Shown: positions 16,392 through 24,351 of the stretch, in pieces
Numbering within the stretch: position 1 is the first letter of the stretch
Layout: every line of letters starts with the position of its first letter
Source: a virus
Lineage: Duplodnaviria; Caudoviricetes
Length of the DNA stretch: 27,225 nucleotides
Strand: one strand, 5' to 3'
Virus record (IMG/VR): IMGVR_UViG_3300037424_000036
Coordinates: 1-27,225 of that record
The notes under the pieces: generated by a model
Database searches by the model: none
Told to the model about the DNA's origin: nothing
What the model saw: the letters and a program-made list of their open reading frames with translations, nothing else
Position numbers and translations under genes: made by a program

Positions 16392-18900
16392 TTCACACCT
16401 CCTAACAGTACTCGATATAGACGTAACCTAAAAGATTGATAGGCGGTGCAGGAGACGGTGTCAAAACAATAGCCCCGTCCGTTAGTAAACGTTCCATACA
16501 AGCAGAAGCCTTTTTAGCGTTGTTTACTATCACACCATCTAAATCAAACGCAGGAGTACCTGAGACGGTGACCCAGTGGCATACTAACGATTTATAAGTA
16601 GTGACACTGTCTGCACTTTTGAAATGCCATGTGAAATCCGCAGGGGTTCCCGAATACGAAATACCCACCACACCGACTCTAACTAAAGTACAGTTATACG
16701 GCACTTCCACTACTTGTTGGACAGTAGGCATAGTGCCATCAACTTCCATTAATACATGTCTGACTACACCATTCACCATACCTGGTACTAATGAATGGTC
16801 TATCTCACGAACAAATGGTGTGACATGATTCCCGAATCCAGTACGACCATTCTGCCAAATATGATGGTCCTGATAAGCAGAAGGAGAATAGCTACTAGAC
16901 GGAGGAACAGCAACAGGGGTTCCACCCACTTTCCTACGCAAAAAATGATCGCTGTTATGCCCTACATATCTACCTGTTGTGTTGCTAGTTGAACCGGATC
17001 CCGTTATATGAGACACGAGATACACAGTAGATACTACTTGTTTTAGGATACGTGTATTTGTCGCAAAAATAGATACACCGTTGCGTAAATGCATAGCATC
17101 TATATCGGGAACTTGAACGGTAAGATCACAGTCGTTGTAACTAACCACCATTTGCAATGTACGACTATAGGTATTAGCAAACACAGGTGGGTGTGGCATT
17201 TCATATCTTAGTAACGTTACTCGTTGATAACCATAAACATCGTTAACTAAATCTTTTTGTCTTAACTCCCATTTACATGTGTCAAAAGAAAAAGTAAGCA
17301 GGTTCGCATTAGTACCCTGAGACAAGTCAGATGGTGGCTCGCCTAGTAACAGCGTAGTACCTTTACGAATTACAGACCCACCGACAATCTGTATCATACC
17401 ACCGGCGGTAATCTTGAACGTAGCGCCGTCCAATAATGTTATAGATCCAGCAGGGCCGGTAATAGGTTTAGACCCGGCCGACCATTCTGCCAGTCTTGTA
17501 TTGTAATCAGCTTCTGGTAAATCGACAAAGCCTAACCACTCGCCACCTATGTACTGGTGATTTACTGCTTGGCCGTTAGCATAGTCAGAATCATAAAAAT
17601 TATCTCGCCATTTGCAAGAGTTAAATATCACCCCGTCAGTCATCTGATCACCGGTAAAATAAGTGCCACGGTGTAGACCGACGAACTCCACGTTCTCAAA
17701 ACGATATACAGTAGTACCAGGACCAGCGACTATCGGGTCACTGGATAACTGATGAAACTTTGCGCCTATACTATTCTCAACTAGTTGTTTGCATCCGTCG
17801 TTGACACCAGACGTAGTTTTGTACGAAGTGAATGTCATATTGCGCCATACTATTTCAGAAGCACGGAAGATATCAAAAATAGGATCTCCCGTCTCTATCT
17901 GCAAAACAGTAGATTCCATCCCGTCACCTTCTATGACGAGACCGCGCAGTCGTGCCAAGTTTATTGAACCACGTAGTCTGTAGACACCCTTCGGCAGATA
18001 TACTCTTGGCAGTCCGTGATATGCGTTTAGGCCACCCCCGATAGAATATATCCTAGCTGCATTATTCTTTACGGTAGTAATAAATGCGTTGAAAGAGGCA
18101 GTGTTGTCAGTACCGGTGGCTGCACCTATAGTGCCGTCGTTCATTACCCCGTAATCTGTAGCGTCCATAGTTGATGCTGCGGCGTCAACATATGCCTTGT
18201 TAGCAACCTGTGTAGAAGTGGTAGGTGTCGGCACTGTAGGCGAAGAGGAAAATGTCTTAACCCCTGCGACTGTTTCGTTACCGGTAAGATGAACAGCAGT
18301 AGGTGTAGCAGGAAAATCAGCAGTGCCGCCCAATGCGCCTGTGAGCTTTAAAATCCCTTTTATAGTAGCTGTAGCGTCAGGTGAACCTGAAATAGCTACA
18401 CCGTCCACATAAGCCTTGGTGGTGGCATGACCTGTGCTCGTGGGTGTCGGGACTACAGGTGAGACACTAAACGTCTTAGTTCCGGCTACAGTCTCGTCGC
18501 CCGTCTTGTGCACAGCAGTGGCATCACTTGTCGATAAGTATGTTGGTGGCGAGATGTCAGAGCCGTCTATCAAGACAGTCGAGAGATCGAATCCAGTTGC
18601 TAACGACGCATATGGAATTTGTATATTATTGAATATACGACCGTTTCCTATGTTCTCTTGCACTTTATAAGTGAAAATATTAGGTAATATATCAGGATCA
18701 TCACTAGCTGGGATCTGGATGGCGATCGAACCATTGCTGTCTAGGTTGGCAACATATTGTTTGGGGAACAATATCTTCTTGCCCGCGACATCAATAACAG
18801 TAGTGCTAGGAGTGAATACTACAGAACCCGCCATAGAGTTACCGTCAAAATCAACGTACTGTGCTCTGACAACAACTTTGTCAAGATTGGTAGTAACCAT
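15455..18900 (-). repeat. Dispersed direct repeats: duplicated spike 5' regions (~15680-16391 vs ~18180-18900) and ~70-73-aa stem modules
   Basis: For example gtgagctttaagatcccttt...ggtgaacctgaaatagc...ccgtccacataagc at ~15832-15905 versus ~18341-18414. The TAVH..G.ET.AG module occurs three times in one gene and twice in the other. Confidence 0.9.
16402..18900 (-). CDS. Second spike/fibre protein with beta-helix-like domain (N-terminus paralogous to 13989..16391)
   Basis: First ~240 aa are highly similar to 13989..16391, followed by DATDYGV..DG...TDNTASFN...VYLPKGVYRL. The remaining C-terminal sequence shows no evident similarity to the paralogue. Confidence 0.8.
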   Translation of the reverse strand: MVTTNLDKVVVRAQYVDFDGNSMAGSVVFTPSTTVIDVAGKKILFPKQYVANLDSNGSIAIQIPASDDPDILPNIFTYKVQENIGNGRIFNNIQIPYASLATGFDLSTVLIDGSDISPPTYLSTSDATAVHKTGDETVAGTKTFSVSPVVPTPTSTGHATTKAYVDGVAISGSPDATATIKGILKLTGALGGTADFPATPTAVHLTGNETVAGVKTFSSSPTVPTPTTSTQVANKAYVDAAASTMDATDYGVMNDGTIGAATGTDNTASFNAFITTVKNNAARIYSIGGGLNAYHGLPRVYLPKGVYRLRGSINLARLRGLVIEGDGMESTVLQIETGDPIFDIFRASEIVWRNMTFTSYKTTSGVNDGCKQLVENSIGAKFHQLSSDPIVAGPGTTVYRFENVEFVGLHRGTYFTGDQMTDGVIFNSCKWRDNFYDSDYANGQAVNHQYIGGEWLGFVDLPEADYNTRLAEWSAGSKPITGPAGSITLLDGATFKITAGGMIQIVGGSVIRKGTTLLLGEPPSDLSQGTNANLLTFSFDTCKWELRQKDLVNDVYGYQRVTLLRYEMPHPPVFANTYSRTLQMVVSYNDCDLTVQVPDIDAMHLRNGVSIFATNTRILKQVVSTVYLVSHITGSGSTSNTTGRYVGHNSDHFLRRKVGGTPVAVPPSSSYSPSAYQDHHIWQNGRTGFGNHVTPFVREIDHSLVPGMVNGVVRHVLMEVDGTMPTVQQVVEVPYNCTLVRVGVVGISYSGTPADFTWHFKSADSVTTYKSLVCHWVTVSGTPAFDLDGVIVNNAKKASACMERLLTDGAIVLTPSPAPPINLLGYVYIEYC

Positions 18901-18912
18901 TATTCACCCCAT

Positions 18913-19983
18913 TTACCAGCTAGTAATACTGCTTAGATCGTATTCAGAATTACCTGTAGGATCTTCAACTGTAATGTCATCAAATCTTACCACGTCACCA
19001 GGCGCAGCAGATATAACACCTACACCTATAGTAAATTTAGCAGCCAAGCTTGGAGATTGAAAAATATTTGACACAAAAGTATAGACATTCGTCAGGCAAA
19101 GCCCTAAGACAAAACTTTGAGAAATAAAACCATCATCTGCTCTCAGCCAATTAATAAATATACCACATGTTTTTGAAATACCAGACGGTCTAAAATATGC
19201 AGACACAGTGTAGTATTTAAGAGGTGCTACGTACGGAGACCCGTATGCCAAAGATGTAGTTAATAAAGCAGTGCCAGTGGTAAGTGAAGTCAACACATGG
19301 CAGTAAGTACCACTGTGAACAGAAGAACTAGAGACATTCACAGTAGCAGTTCCAGACGCACCCCACGCGCCTGTTGTCCCGCCTTCAGCAGTACTAGTAT
19401 CGTCAGCAATCAGTTGGTTAGGATTAATCGGCGCAACGGGAAGCGGTATCTTAACGTTTTTTAACACCCTATTATTGTCAGTTATATTTTCAGTGACAGT
19501 ATATCTGAGCACGTCAAACGGTATGATGTCAGGATCATCGCTAGCCGGAATAGGAATACTAATTTTTCCATTTGAATTAAGCGCGGCAGAGTACGACTTT
19601 ACAAGTACGATCTGCCCCCGTGCCTGATTGATAACCCATCTATTCGGAACGAATGTAACTGTACCTGCTAACGGTGTGCCGTCATAATCCAGGTACTGAG
19701 CAGTGACGACAACTTTGTTAAACTGACCACCGACAGCACTCATTGGAACTGAGATTGCTACAGTGTAGTCAATTCTATTCGCCACATCTACCTTGTGGGT
19801 ATTTGTAGCTGTAATTTGGTACGCAAAACTTCTGGCTATTAGACTCTTTTTGTCCAAAACCTCGCTAGCAACAGCAACCGTACAATCTATTGTCTGAGTA
19901 AAGTTTGTGCCGAGGACACCGTAGACAGTTAGTCGTGGTCGTAGTACTTTGTACGGCTGTAGTGGCTTAGGTGTCCTGTACAT
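18913..19983 (-). CDS. Mosaic virion protein: short repeat segment, spike adapter domain, inserted CBM-like domain
   Basis: NKVVVTAQYLDYDG.PLAG.V.F.P...IPASDDPDI.P is shared with both spikes; DTSTAEGGT...GDVVRFDD is shared with the giant protein. Confidence 0.7.
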   Translation of the reverse strand: MYRTPKPLQPYKVLRPRLTVYGVLGTNFTQTIDCTVAVASEVLDKKSLIARSFAYQITATNTHKVDVANRIDYTVAISVPMSAVGGQFNKVVVTAQYLDYDGTPLAGTVTFVPNRWVINQARGQIVLVKSYSAALNSNGKISIPIPASDDPDIIPFDVLRYTVTENITDNNRVLKNVKIPLPVAPINPNQLIADDTSTAEGGTTGAWGASGTATVNVSSSSVHSGTYCHVLTSLTTGTALLTTSLAYGSPYVAPLKYYTVSAYFRPSGISKTCGIFINWLRADDGFISQSFVLGLCLTNVYTFVSNIFQSPSLAAKFTIGVGVISAAPGDVVRFDDITVEDPTGNSEYDLSSITSW

Positions 19984-19986
19984 GAC

Positions 19987-21468
19987 TTACACGAGCTTCC
20001 ATGGTGAGACGCCACCATCTCGCTTAGTGGCGTCACTGACATCAGGTGCAGCAATCTGAGACTGTCGTAGCCCCTTCTTACGCATACTCCATGCCAGTGC
20101 ACCGGCACAGATAGAGTCGGGTAAGTGGAGTCGGCCGTAAAGATGATCGTTCGTAGCGAACCTGTGCTCGTCGTAAGCCCATATAATACGGGGGCAACGT
20201 AAATCACCACGCTCAATAGCGGCGACATATTCGGAGAGCATGTTTACTTTGTTCTTTTGACTGAGCACCTCGTCTTTGACGTCACGTGGGGTCATGCCAG
20301 AAGGAATGTCAATCATATCCTTCACCACCCCACCTATTCCAGTCGCGTCGTGTATGAACTTGCCACCCCATCTGGCCAATCTCATACTAGCGAATTTTAT
20401 AATTATGGGCCATGGTAACTTCTGGCACCGTTGGAATGCAACGCAAACCCACGGCAATTTAGTGACATCCCAAGTCCAGACAACTGTCCAGTCTTGTGCA
20501 GACGCCCAGTCAACCCCTGTAATATAGTCTTTATCATTCCTAGGTTCCGCAAACTCATGGTTTTTCATAGGAACACCACGATATGTACCCAGATCGGTAT
20601 CAAACATAGCTTTTACGGCATCTGGATCAATTGCTCGTCCTTCAAATGAAGGTTCAAGCAAATCGTATTCCATCTTCCACATTTCTTTGGAGATTTCGTT
20701 GCGCTTTCTCGATACCTCTTTTGGAGAAAGCCAACCCCCATGAGCCACGTCGCTAGTCTCTTTATAACACCAGCGGTAAAGTGGCCATCCTTTTTCTTTA
20801 GCATCTTGCTTTAGTTTAGTCATTGTACCGTCTGGGTACTGGTGAGTCGACGACGCTACCGTCTGTGTTTCGACATTAGGTAACCTCTTGCTCCGCATTG
20901 GCTGACCCTGCGCTGCTTTGAATAGCTCATAGTCCATCTCATCGACTTCGTCAAGCCGTAACCTTTGTGGGTGCGGGCCACGAACCGACTTCTGCGACGC
21001 CATAAGAGTACGTGCTTTGGCACCATTGGACAACCTCGTATCAAAGCGGGTCATGATGTCCACCATATTCTTTACAGAAGGAGGAGTGGCATCACTGTCA
21101 AGAAACTGCTGCATAGCTTCGTGAACACGGAGCGACTGTTCAGCCGATCCACCAAGAATAGTAACGAAGCACTTAAGCGTAAGCATTTCAGTACAGGCAA
21201 GTAAGCCCAGTGTGAAGGTCTTCCCTGAGAATCCTCGACTACCTTCCCAGATCGCAACAGGGTGCCTAGCAAAGTAAGCGTCAGCAAAAGCCTGAAAAGG
21301 GGAAACATGGTTATGGCACACCGCTCTATAGGGTATCTCCACTCCCCAGACAGCTCTAACAAACATCCATAATTCTTCATTAGTCTGTGGCCAACGCCCA
21401 AGAATCCAAGGAACTTTTTTACTCTCTAAGTCCTCGACAAACTTAGCATTGGGAGTTACCACCGCCAT
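19987..21468 (-). CDS. terL: Terminase large subunit
   Basis: Walker A-like GSRGFSGKT, VRG, Walker B LRLDEVDE, and nuclease motifs TGVDWA..QD.T, DATGIG and PDSICAGALA. Confidence 0.93.
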   Translation of the reverse strand: MAVVTPNAKFVEDLESKKVPWILGRWPQTNEELWMFVRAVWGVEIPYRAVCHNHVSPFQAFADAYFARHPVAIWEGSRGFSGKTFTLGLLACTEMLTLKCFVTILGGSAEQSLRVHEAMQQFLDSDATPPSVKNMVDIMTRFDTRLSNGAKARTLMASQKSVRGPHPQRLRLDEVDEMDYELFKAAQGQPMRSKRLPNVETQTVASSTHQYPDGTMTKLKQDAKEKGWPLYRWCYKETSDVAHGGWLSPKEVSRKRNEISKEMWKMEYDLLEPSFEGRAIDPDAVKAMFDTDLGTYRGVPMKNHEFAEPRNDKDYITGVDWASAQDWTVVWTWDVTKLPWVCVAFQRCQKLPWPIIIKFASMRLARWGGKFIHDATGIGGVVKDMIDIPSGMTPRDVKDEVLSQKNKVNMLSEYVAAIERGDLRCPRIIWAYDEHRFATNDHLYGRLHLPDSICAGALAWSMRKKGLRQSQIAAPDVSDATKRDGGVSPWKLV

Positions 21469-22052
21469 TACAGGTACTCAGCTTTCGGCTCTATATCCAT
21501 CTCCGCGATATGGTCAGTAGAATCGTATCGCGACTTGGTTACTCCCATCTGTGATTGGTATCTACCTGTATATCCCTTGCTGGGCCCAGTCAACCGTTCG
21601 AACGCAAACTGTGCAATTCTCATTCCAGGAGTCAACTTTAATGCGTACGGGGCCATGTTGAACAGTTCAAGGGTAACTTGACCATGAAATCCAGGATCAA
21701 TGTAACCAGCCGTAGTGTGAACCGCTAAGCCAAGACGTCCAAGAGACGACACGCCCTCGACCCGTGCAACGTGCTGGTTGTCTAGTCCTAATATCTCTAA
21801 AGTAGCTGCTAGTAAAAATTCTTTCGGCCTAATAACAATATGATCAATATCTTCAATATATTTTCCAGTAGGTATATTTTTGAGTGGGTCTATTGGAAAC
21901 TCGTCGCTGAATTCAGTTTCGTAGATGACAAAGCTGCTACCAAGATGCACGTCATAAGAAGCAGGTTGTATCGAATTCGGGTCAAACGGGAGAATCCTAA
22001 TCTCCTGTCCACGTACCGCATTATATATGTGGTAGTTGGATAGTACGGACAC
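21468..22052 (-). CDS. dcd: dCTP deaminase
   Basis: IQPASYDVHLG, EGVSSLGRLGL, HTTAGYIDPGFHGQVTLEL, GMRIAQ and Y.GRYQ.Q.G motifs; SD GGAGG; TAATG overlap with terL. Confidence 0.93.
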   Translation of the reverse strand: MSVLSNYHIYNAVRGQEIRILPFDPNSIQPASYDVHLGSSFVIYETEFSDEFPIDPLKNIPTGKYIEDIDHIVIRPKEFLLAATLEILGLDNQHVARVEGVSSLGRLGLAVHTTAGYIDPGFHGQVTLELFNMAPYALKLTPGMRIAQFAFERLTGPSKGYTGRYQSQMGVTKSRYDSTDHIAEMDIEPKAEYL

Positions 22053-22071
22053 AGCCTGCCTCCAATAAGAA

Positions 22072-22266
22072 TTACTGATTCTGATCTACAGCCTTATCTG
22101 TTGTTCTCTGAAGATCACGTAAAATATGCAATATTTCAGTTTTACTGTACGCATCGTCGAGAAGTTCATCTATACGCTTGGCGAGTAAATCATAGATTAA
22201 TTTAAGCGATTTCTTAGCGTGCTCATTACGCCATGCTACTGCCTCGCGACTACTAAATTCAGACAC
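22072..22266 (-). CDS. Small helical hypothetical protein
   Basis: Fills the gap between the hydrolase and dcd. GTG 22266 has better spacing from AGGAG than GTG 22272. Confidence 0.6.
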   Translation of the reverse strand: MSEFSSREAVAWRNEHAKKSLKLIYDLLAKRIDELLDDAYSKTEILHILRDLQRTTDKAVDQNQ

Positions 22267-22277
22267 GCTCACTACTC

Positions 22278-23486
22278 CTAAAAAATTCGTCGTGCTCCCA
22301 AAGATGCATAATTGTACCCGTTGTTAAGTGGAGAGATCTTCACTACGCTCCGAGAGTTCGGAGCATGGATGATCTGTCCGTTCCCAATATACATACCTAC
22401 ATGTCCCGGTGCTAGCCTTCCATCAATAGTTACTGGATTACCAAACACAAGATCGCCAGGTAGCAAATTGTCGACAGAAACATGACGCCCACTATTAATC
22501 TGGTCATAGGTTACTCTCGGCAAACTGACCCCGCCTGCCCTTGCAGCAGCTTGCACCAGACCAGAGCAGTCCCAGTGGTCTGGCCCCTGCGGATTGGCTT
22601 GGCTGTATCGCTCTCCTAGCTGGGCTCTGGCGAACGCGATGGCTGCCTGTGCTCCACTGGATACGTTGGCTGGTGCTGGTGCGGGAGCTTGGATGCTGGC
22701 CTGCGCAACACTCCCGCTGGACGCTGCCGCGTTACCACGAGCTAAGTACGGAAGATATAAATCGTTACTGTGGACACTCCACGCAGTCGGCCCCTGCGAG
22801 TCACAAACATATTTCGCAGCCTCGGCATTAAAATTTGGATCATATAAATCTCTACCTGCGACCCAACTAGCATGAGCGTCCATATTTATCTGCCACAAAC
22901 CACGGGAGTCCTCACCGTCAGGATTGTGAGCATTAGTGTCACCCCCAGACTCTGCCAGGGCAATAGCCACCCAGCCACCGAGTGAAAGCCCACCGCACCC
23001 GTCTAAACCAGCATTGCGAGCAACCTGTGCAATCTGAGCGTCAGAAATTATTCCAGACAATTGGGTTATCGGACCACACCAATCAGTAAGCCCTAATGCT
23101 CCCCACGTCTCAGGACCTACAACCCCGTCGACCTCAATACGACGGTCCATTTGAAATCTAGCCACCGCACTAGCAGTAATCGGGCCGTACTGCCCGTCTA
23201 TAGGACCAGTGTCATATTTATTCCAGCTAAGTGCCGTCTGGATAACTCTGACGTCTTGCAGAGACTGATTAACAAGGTCAATAGTAAAAAATGACTTGCA
23301 CGACGTATTAGCTCTGAATGCACTAACGTCTATCGGGTTAGTGTCTCCGTTAGTTGGTGGCTCGATATAAGGAACATTAGCAAGTGCTGGGGTGGGTGCA
23401 AAAGCTACGGTCGTAGCAATCGCAGTTCCTAGCACTGCCGTTGCTGGTACCAAGTGACGACTGGTTGGCTTGCGATGTCTGCCCAT
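22278..23486 (-). CDS. Secreted peptidoglycan hydrolase: signal peptide, PG-binding domain, SLT-like transglycosylase, NlpC/P60 endopeptidase
   Basis: MGRHRKP leader with a hydrophobic stretch and ALA site; DGQYGP.T..AV..FQ....I.VDGVVGPETW.AL; AIALAESGG...GLWQIN; WDCSGLV...HVGMYIGNGQIIHAP. SD AGGAG. Confidence 0.92.
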   Translation of the reverse strand: MGRHRKPTSRHLVPATAVLGTAIATTVAFAPTPALANVPYIEPPTNGDTNPIDVSAFRANTSCKSFFTIDLVNQSLQDVRVIQTALSWNKYDTGPIDGQYGPITASAVARFQMDRRIEVDGVVGPETWGALGLTDWCGPITQLSGIISDAQIAQVARNAGLDGCGGLSLGGWVAIALAESGGDTNAHNPDGEDSRGLWQINMDAHASWVAGRDLYDPNFNAEAAKYVCDSQGPTAWSVHSNDLYLPYLARGNAAASSGSVAQASIQAPAPAPANVSSGAQAAIAFARAQLGERYSQANPQGPDHWDCSGLVQAAARAGGVSLPRVTYDQINSGRHVSVDNLLPGDLVFGNPVTIDGRLAPGHVGMYIGNGQIIHAPNSRSVVKISPLNNGYNYASLGARRIF

Positions 23487-23676
23487 AGACTTTAACTCCT
23501 ATATTAGAAGCCTTGTCCGAGATAGCTATCCGCAATTTCTCTGGCTGAACAACAATAGTAACTCTAGGTATATCTCGCGGATTCATCTCAGAAAACGAAA
23601 TACTTGTAACCTCGGCGCTGAGATCAATACCATTGTACATAAGACGGTACTTACCGTCCCATATGAGTTCTAACAT
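23377..23676 (-). CDS. Hypothetical protein (3' end overlaps the hydrolase gene by 110 nt)
   Basis: SD GAAAGGGA with ATG. The first ~60 aa look globular; the overlapping tail looks non-native. Confidence 0.55.
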   Translation of the reverse strand: MLELIWDGKYRLMYNGIDLSAEVTSISFSEMNPRDIPRVTIVVQPEKLRIAISDKASNIGVKVYGQTSQANQSSLGTSNGSARNCDCYDRSFCTHPSTC

Positions 23677-23807
23677 TCTTCCCTTTCATCTCGGGGTATT
23701 GGAGCTGCCTCACCTTCGCAGCAAGAATTCTTCATGCCGCATGCGGAGCAGAGCCACCTGTATTTCACAGGATTGAACTCTGCCCCGCAGTTGACACACT
23801 CAATCAT
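23670..23807 (-). CDS. 45-aa zinc-finger micro-protein
   Basis: Below the track cutoff; translated by hand as MIECVNCGAEFNPVKYRWLCSACGMKNSCCEGEAAPIPRDEREEC. Two CxxC motifs plus CC; ATG directly follows the upstream TAA. Confidence 0.75.
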   Translation of the reverse strand: MIECVNCGAEFNPVKYRWLCSACGMKNSCCEGEAAPIPRDEREEC

Positions 23808-23912
23808 TTAGAGTGCCGCCCTCACAAAACAATCTTTGGCTTCTAGCAACTTCCTGAGACCGGCAGTAAGTTCCTGCTGAGTGGACGGATGCCTATTCGG
23901 GTAATCAGCCAT
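23808..23912 (-). CDS. 34-aa protein, probably an internally deleted member of the LRKLLEAKDCxVRA phage family
   Basis: Translated by hand as MADYPNRHPSTQQELTAGLRKLLEAKDCFVRAAL. ATG lies 1 nt after the upstream TGA and the ORF fills the gap exactly. Confidence 0.7.
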   Translation of the reverse strand: MADYPNRHPSTQQELTAGLRKLLEAKDCFVRAAL

Positions 23913-23913
23913 G

Positions 23914-24351
23914 TCACACCAAAGCTATCTTCTTGTGCCAGCCTGGTTTTGACTCTTTGCCGTCTTCGTCGACTACCAATTCTTTGTAACCTCGGCGGCA
24001 ATGAAGATGGACGACGTGCTCTAACTTATCCATCCTCTCCCAGAAGTTGACGGGAACAGTCTCTCCCGGCTTAGAGGGAAGTGGAGTCGACTCGTCCCGA
24101 AGTCCTACCGGGTCGTCGCACACTTGGCACCGGCCGTAAGGCGCGATGCTCATGGTTCGCGCCGCTTCCATCTTGTCCGCCTGTAGCGCTTCCATCTCCA
24201 CCTTGTGATGGAGGCAGACAAGCACCCTGGCTTTCACTGAACTACCGGGTAACTGGACTTCAGTCGGATAAAGTTCCCTCTCCGCGTCCGTCTGAAGAAC
24301 AGAATGATCGAAATCCACAAAGCAGTGCTTCTGAGACTTAGGAGTCGCCAT
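23914..24351 (-). CDS. Hypothetical Cys/His-containing (possibly Zn-binding) protein
   Basis: HC...H, CLHH, CQVC and HLHC motifs. Start is uncertain (ATG 24351 or GTG 24405); the track start at 24534 overlaps the upstream gene. Confidence 0.6.
   Translation of the reverse strand: MATPKSQKHCFVDFDHSVLQTDAERELYPTEVQLPGSSVKARVLVCLHHKVEMEALQADKMEAARTMSIAPYGRCQVCDDPVGLRDESTPLPSKPGETVPVNFWERMDKLEHVVHLHCRRGYKELVVDEDGKESKPGWHKKIALV

Noticed and set aside
13989-18900. Diversity-generating retroelement or shufflon explanation for the repeats
   Set aside because: No reverse transcriptase or invertase is present in the window. The repeats are direct, N-terminal and coding, and differences look largely synonymous rather than adenine-specific.
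19987-21468. Intein or intron in the terminase
   Set aside because: Length is ordinary (493 aa), motifs are contiguous, and no splice-junction or homing-endonuclease motifs were seen.
22072-22272. Terminase small subunit call
   Set aside because: Only position suggests it; it is very short and has no recognisable terS motif.
23643-23658. Inverted repeat GACGGTA-CT-TACCGTC
   Set aside because: It has a 2-nt loop, lies inside a coding region, occurs once and has no U-tract; insufficient support.
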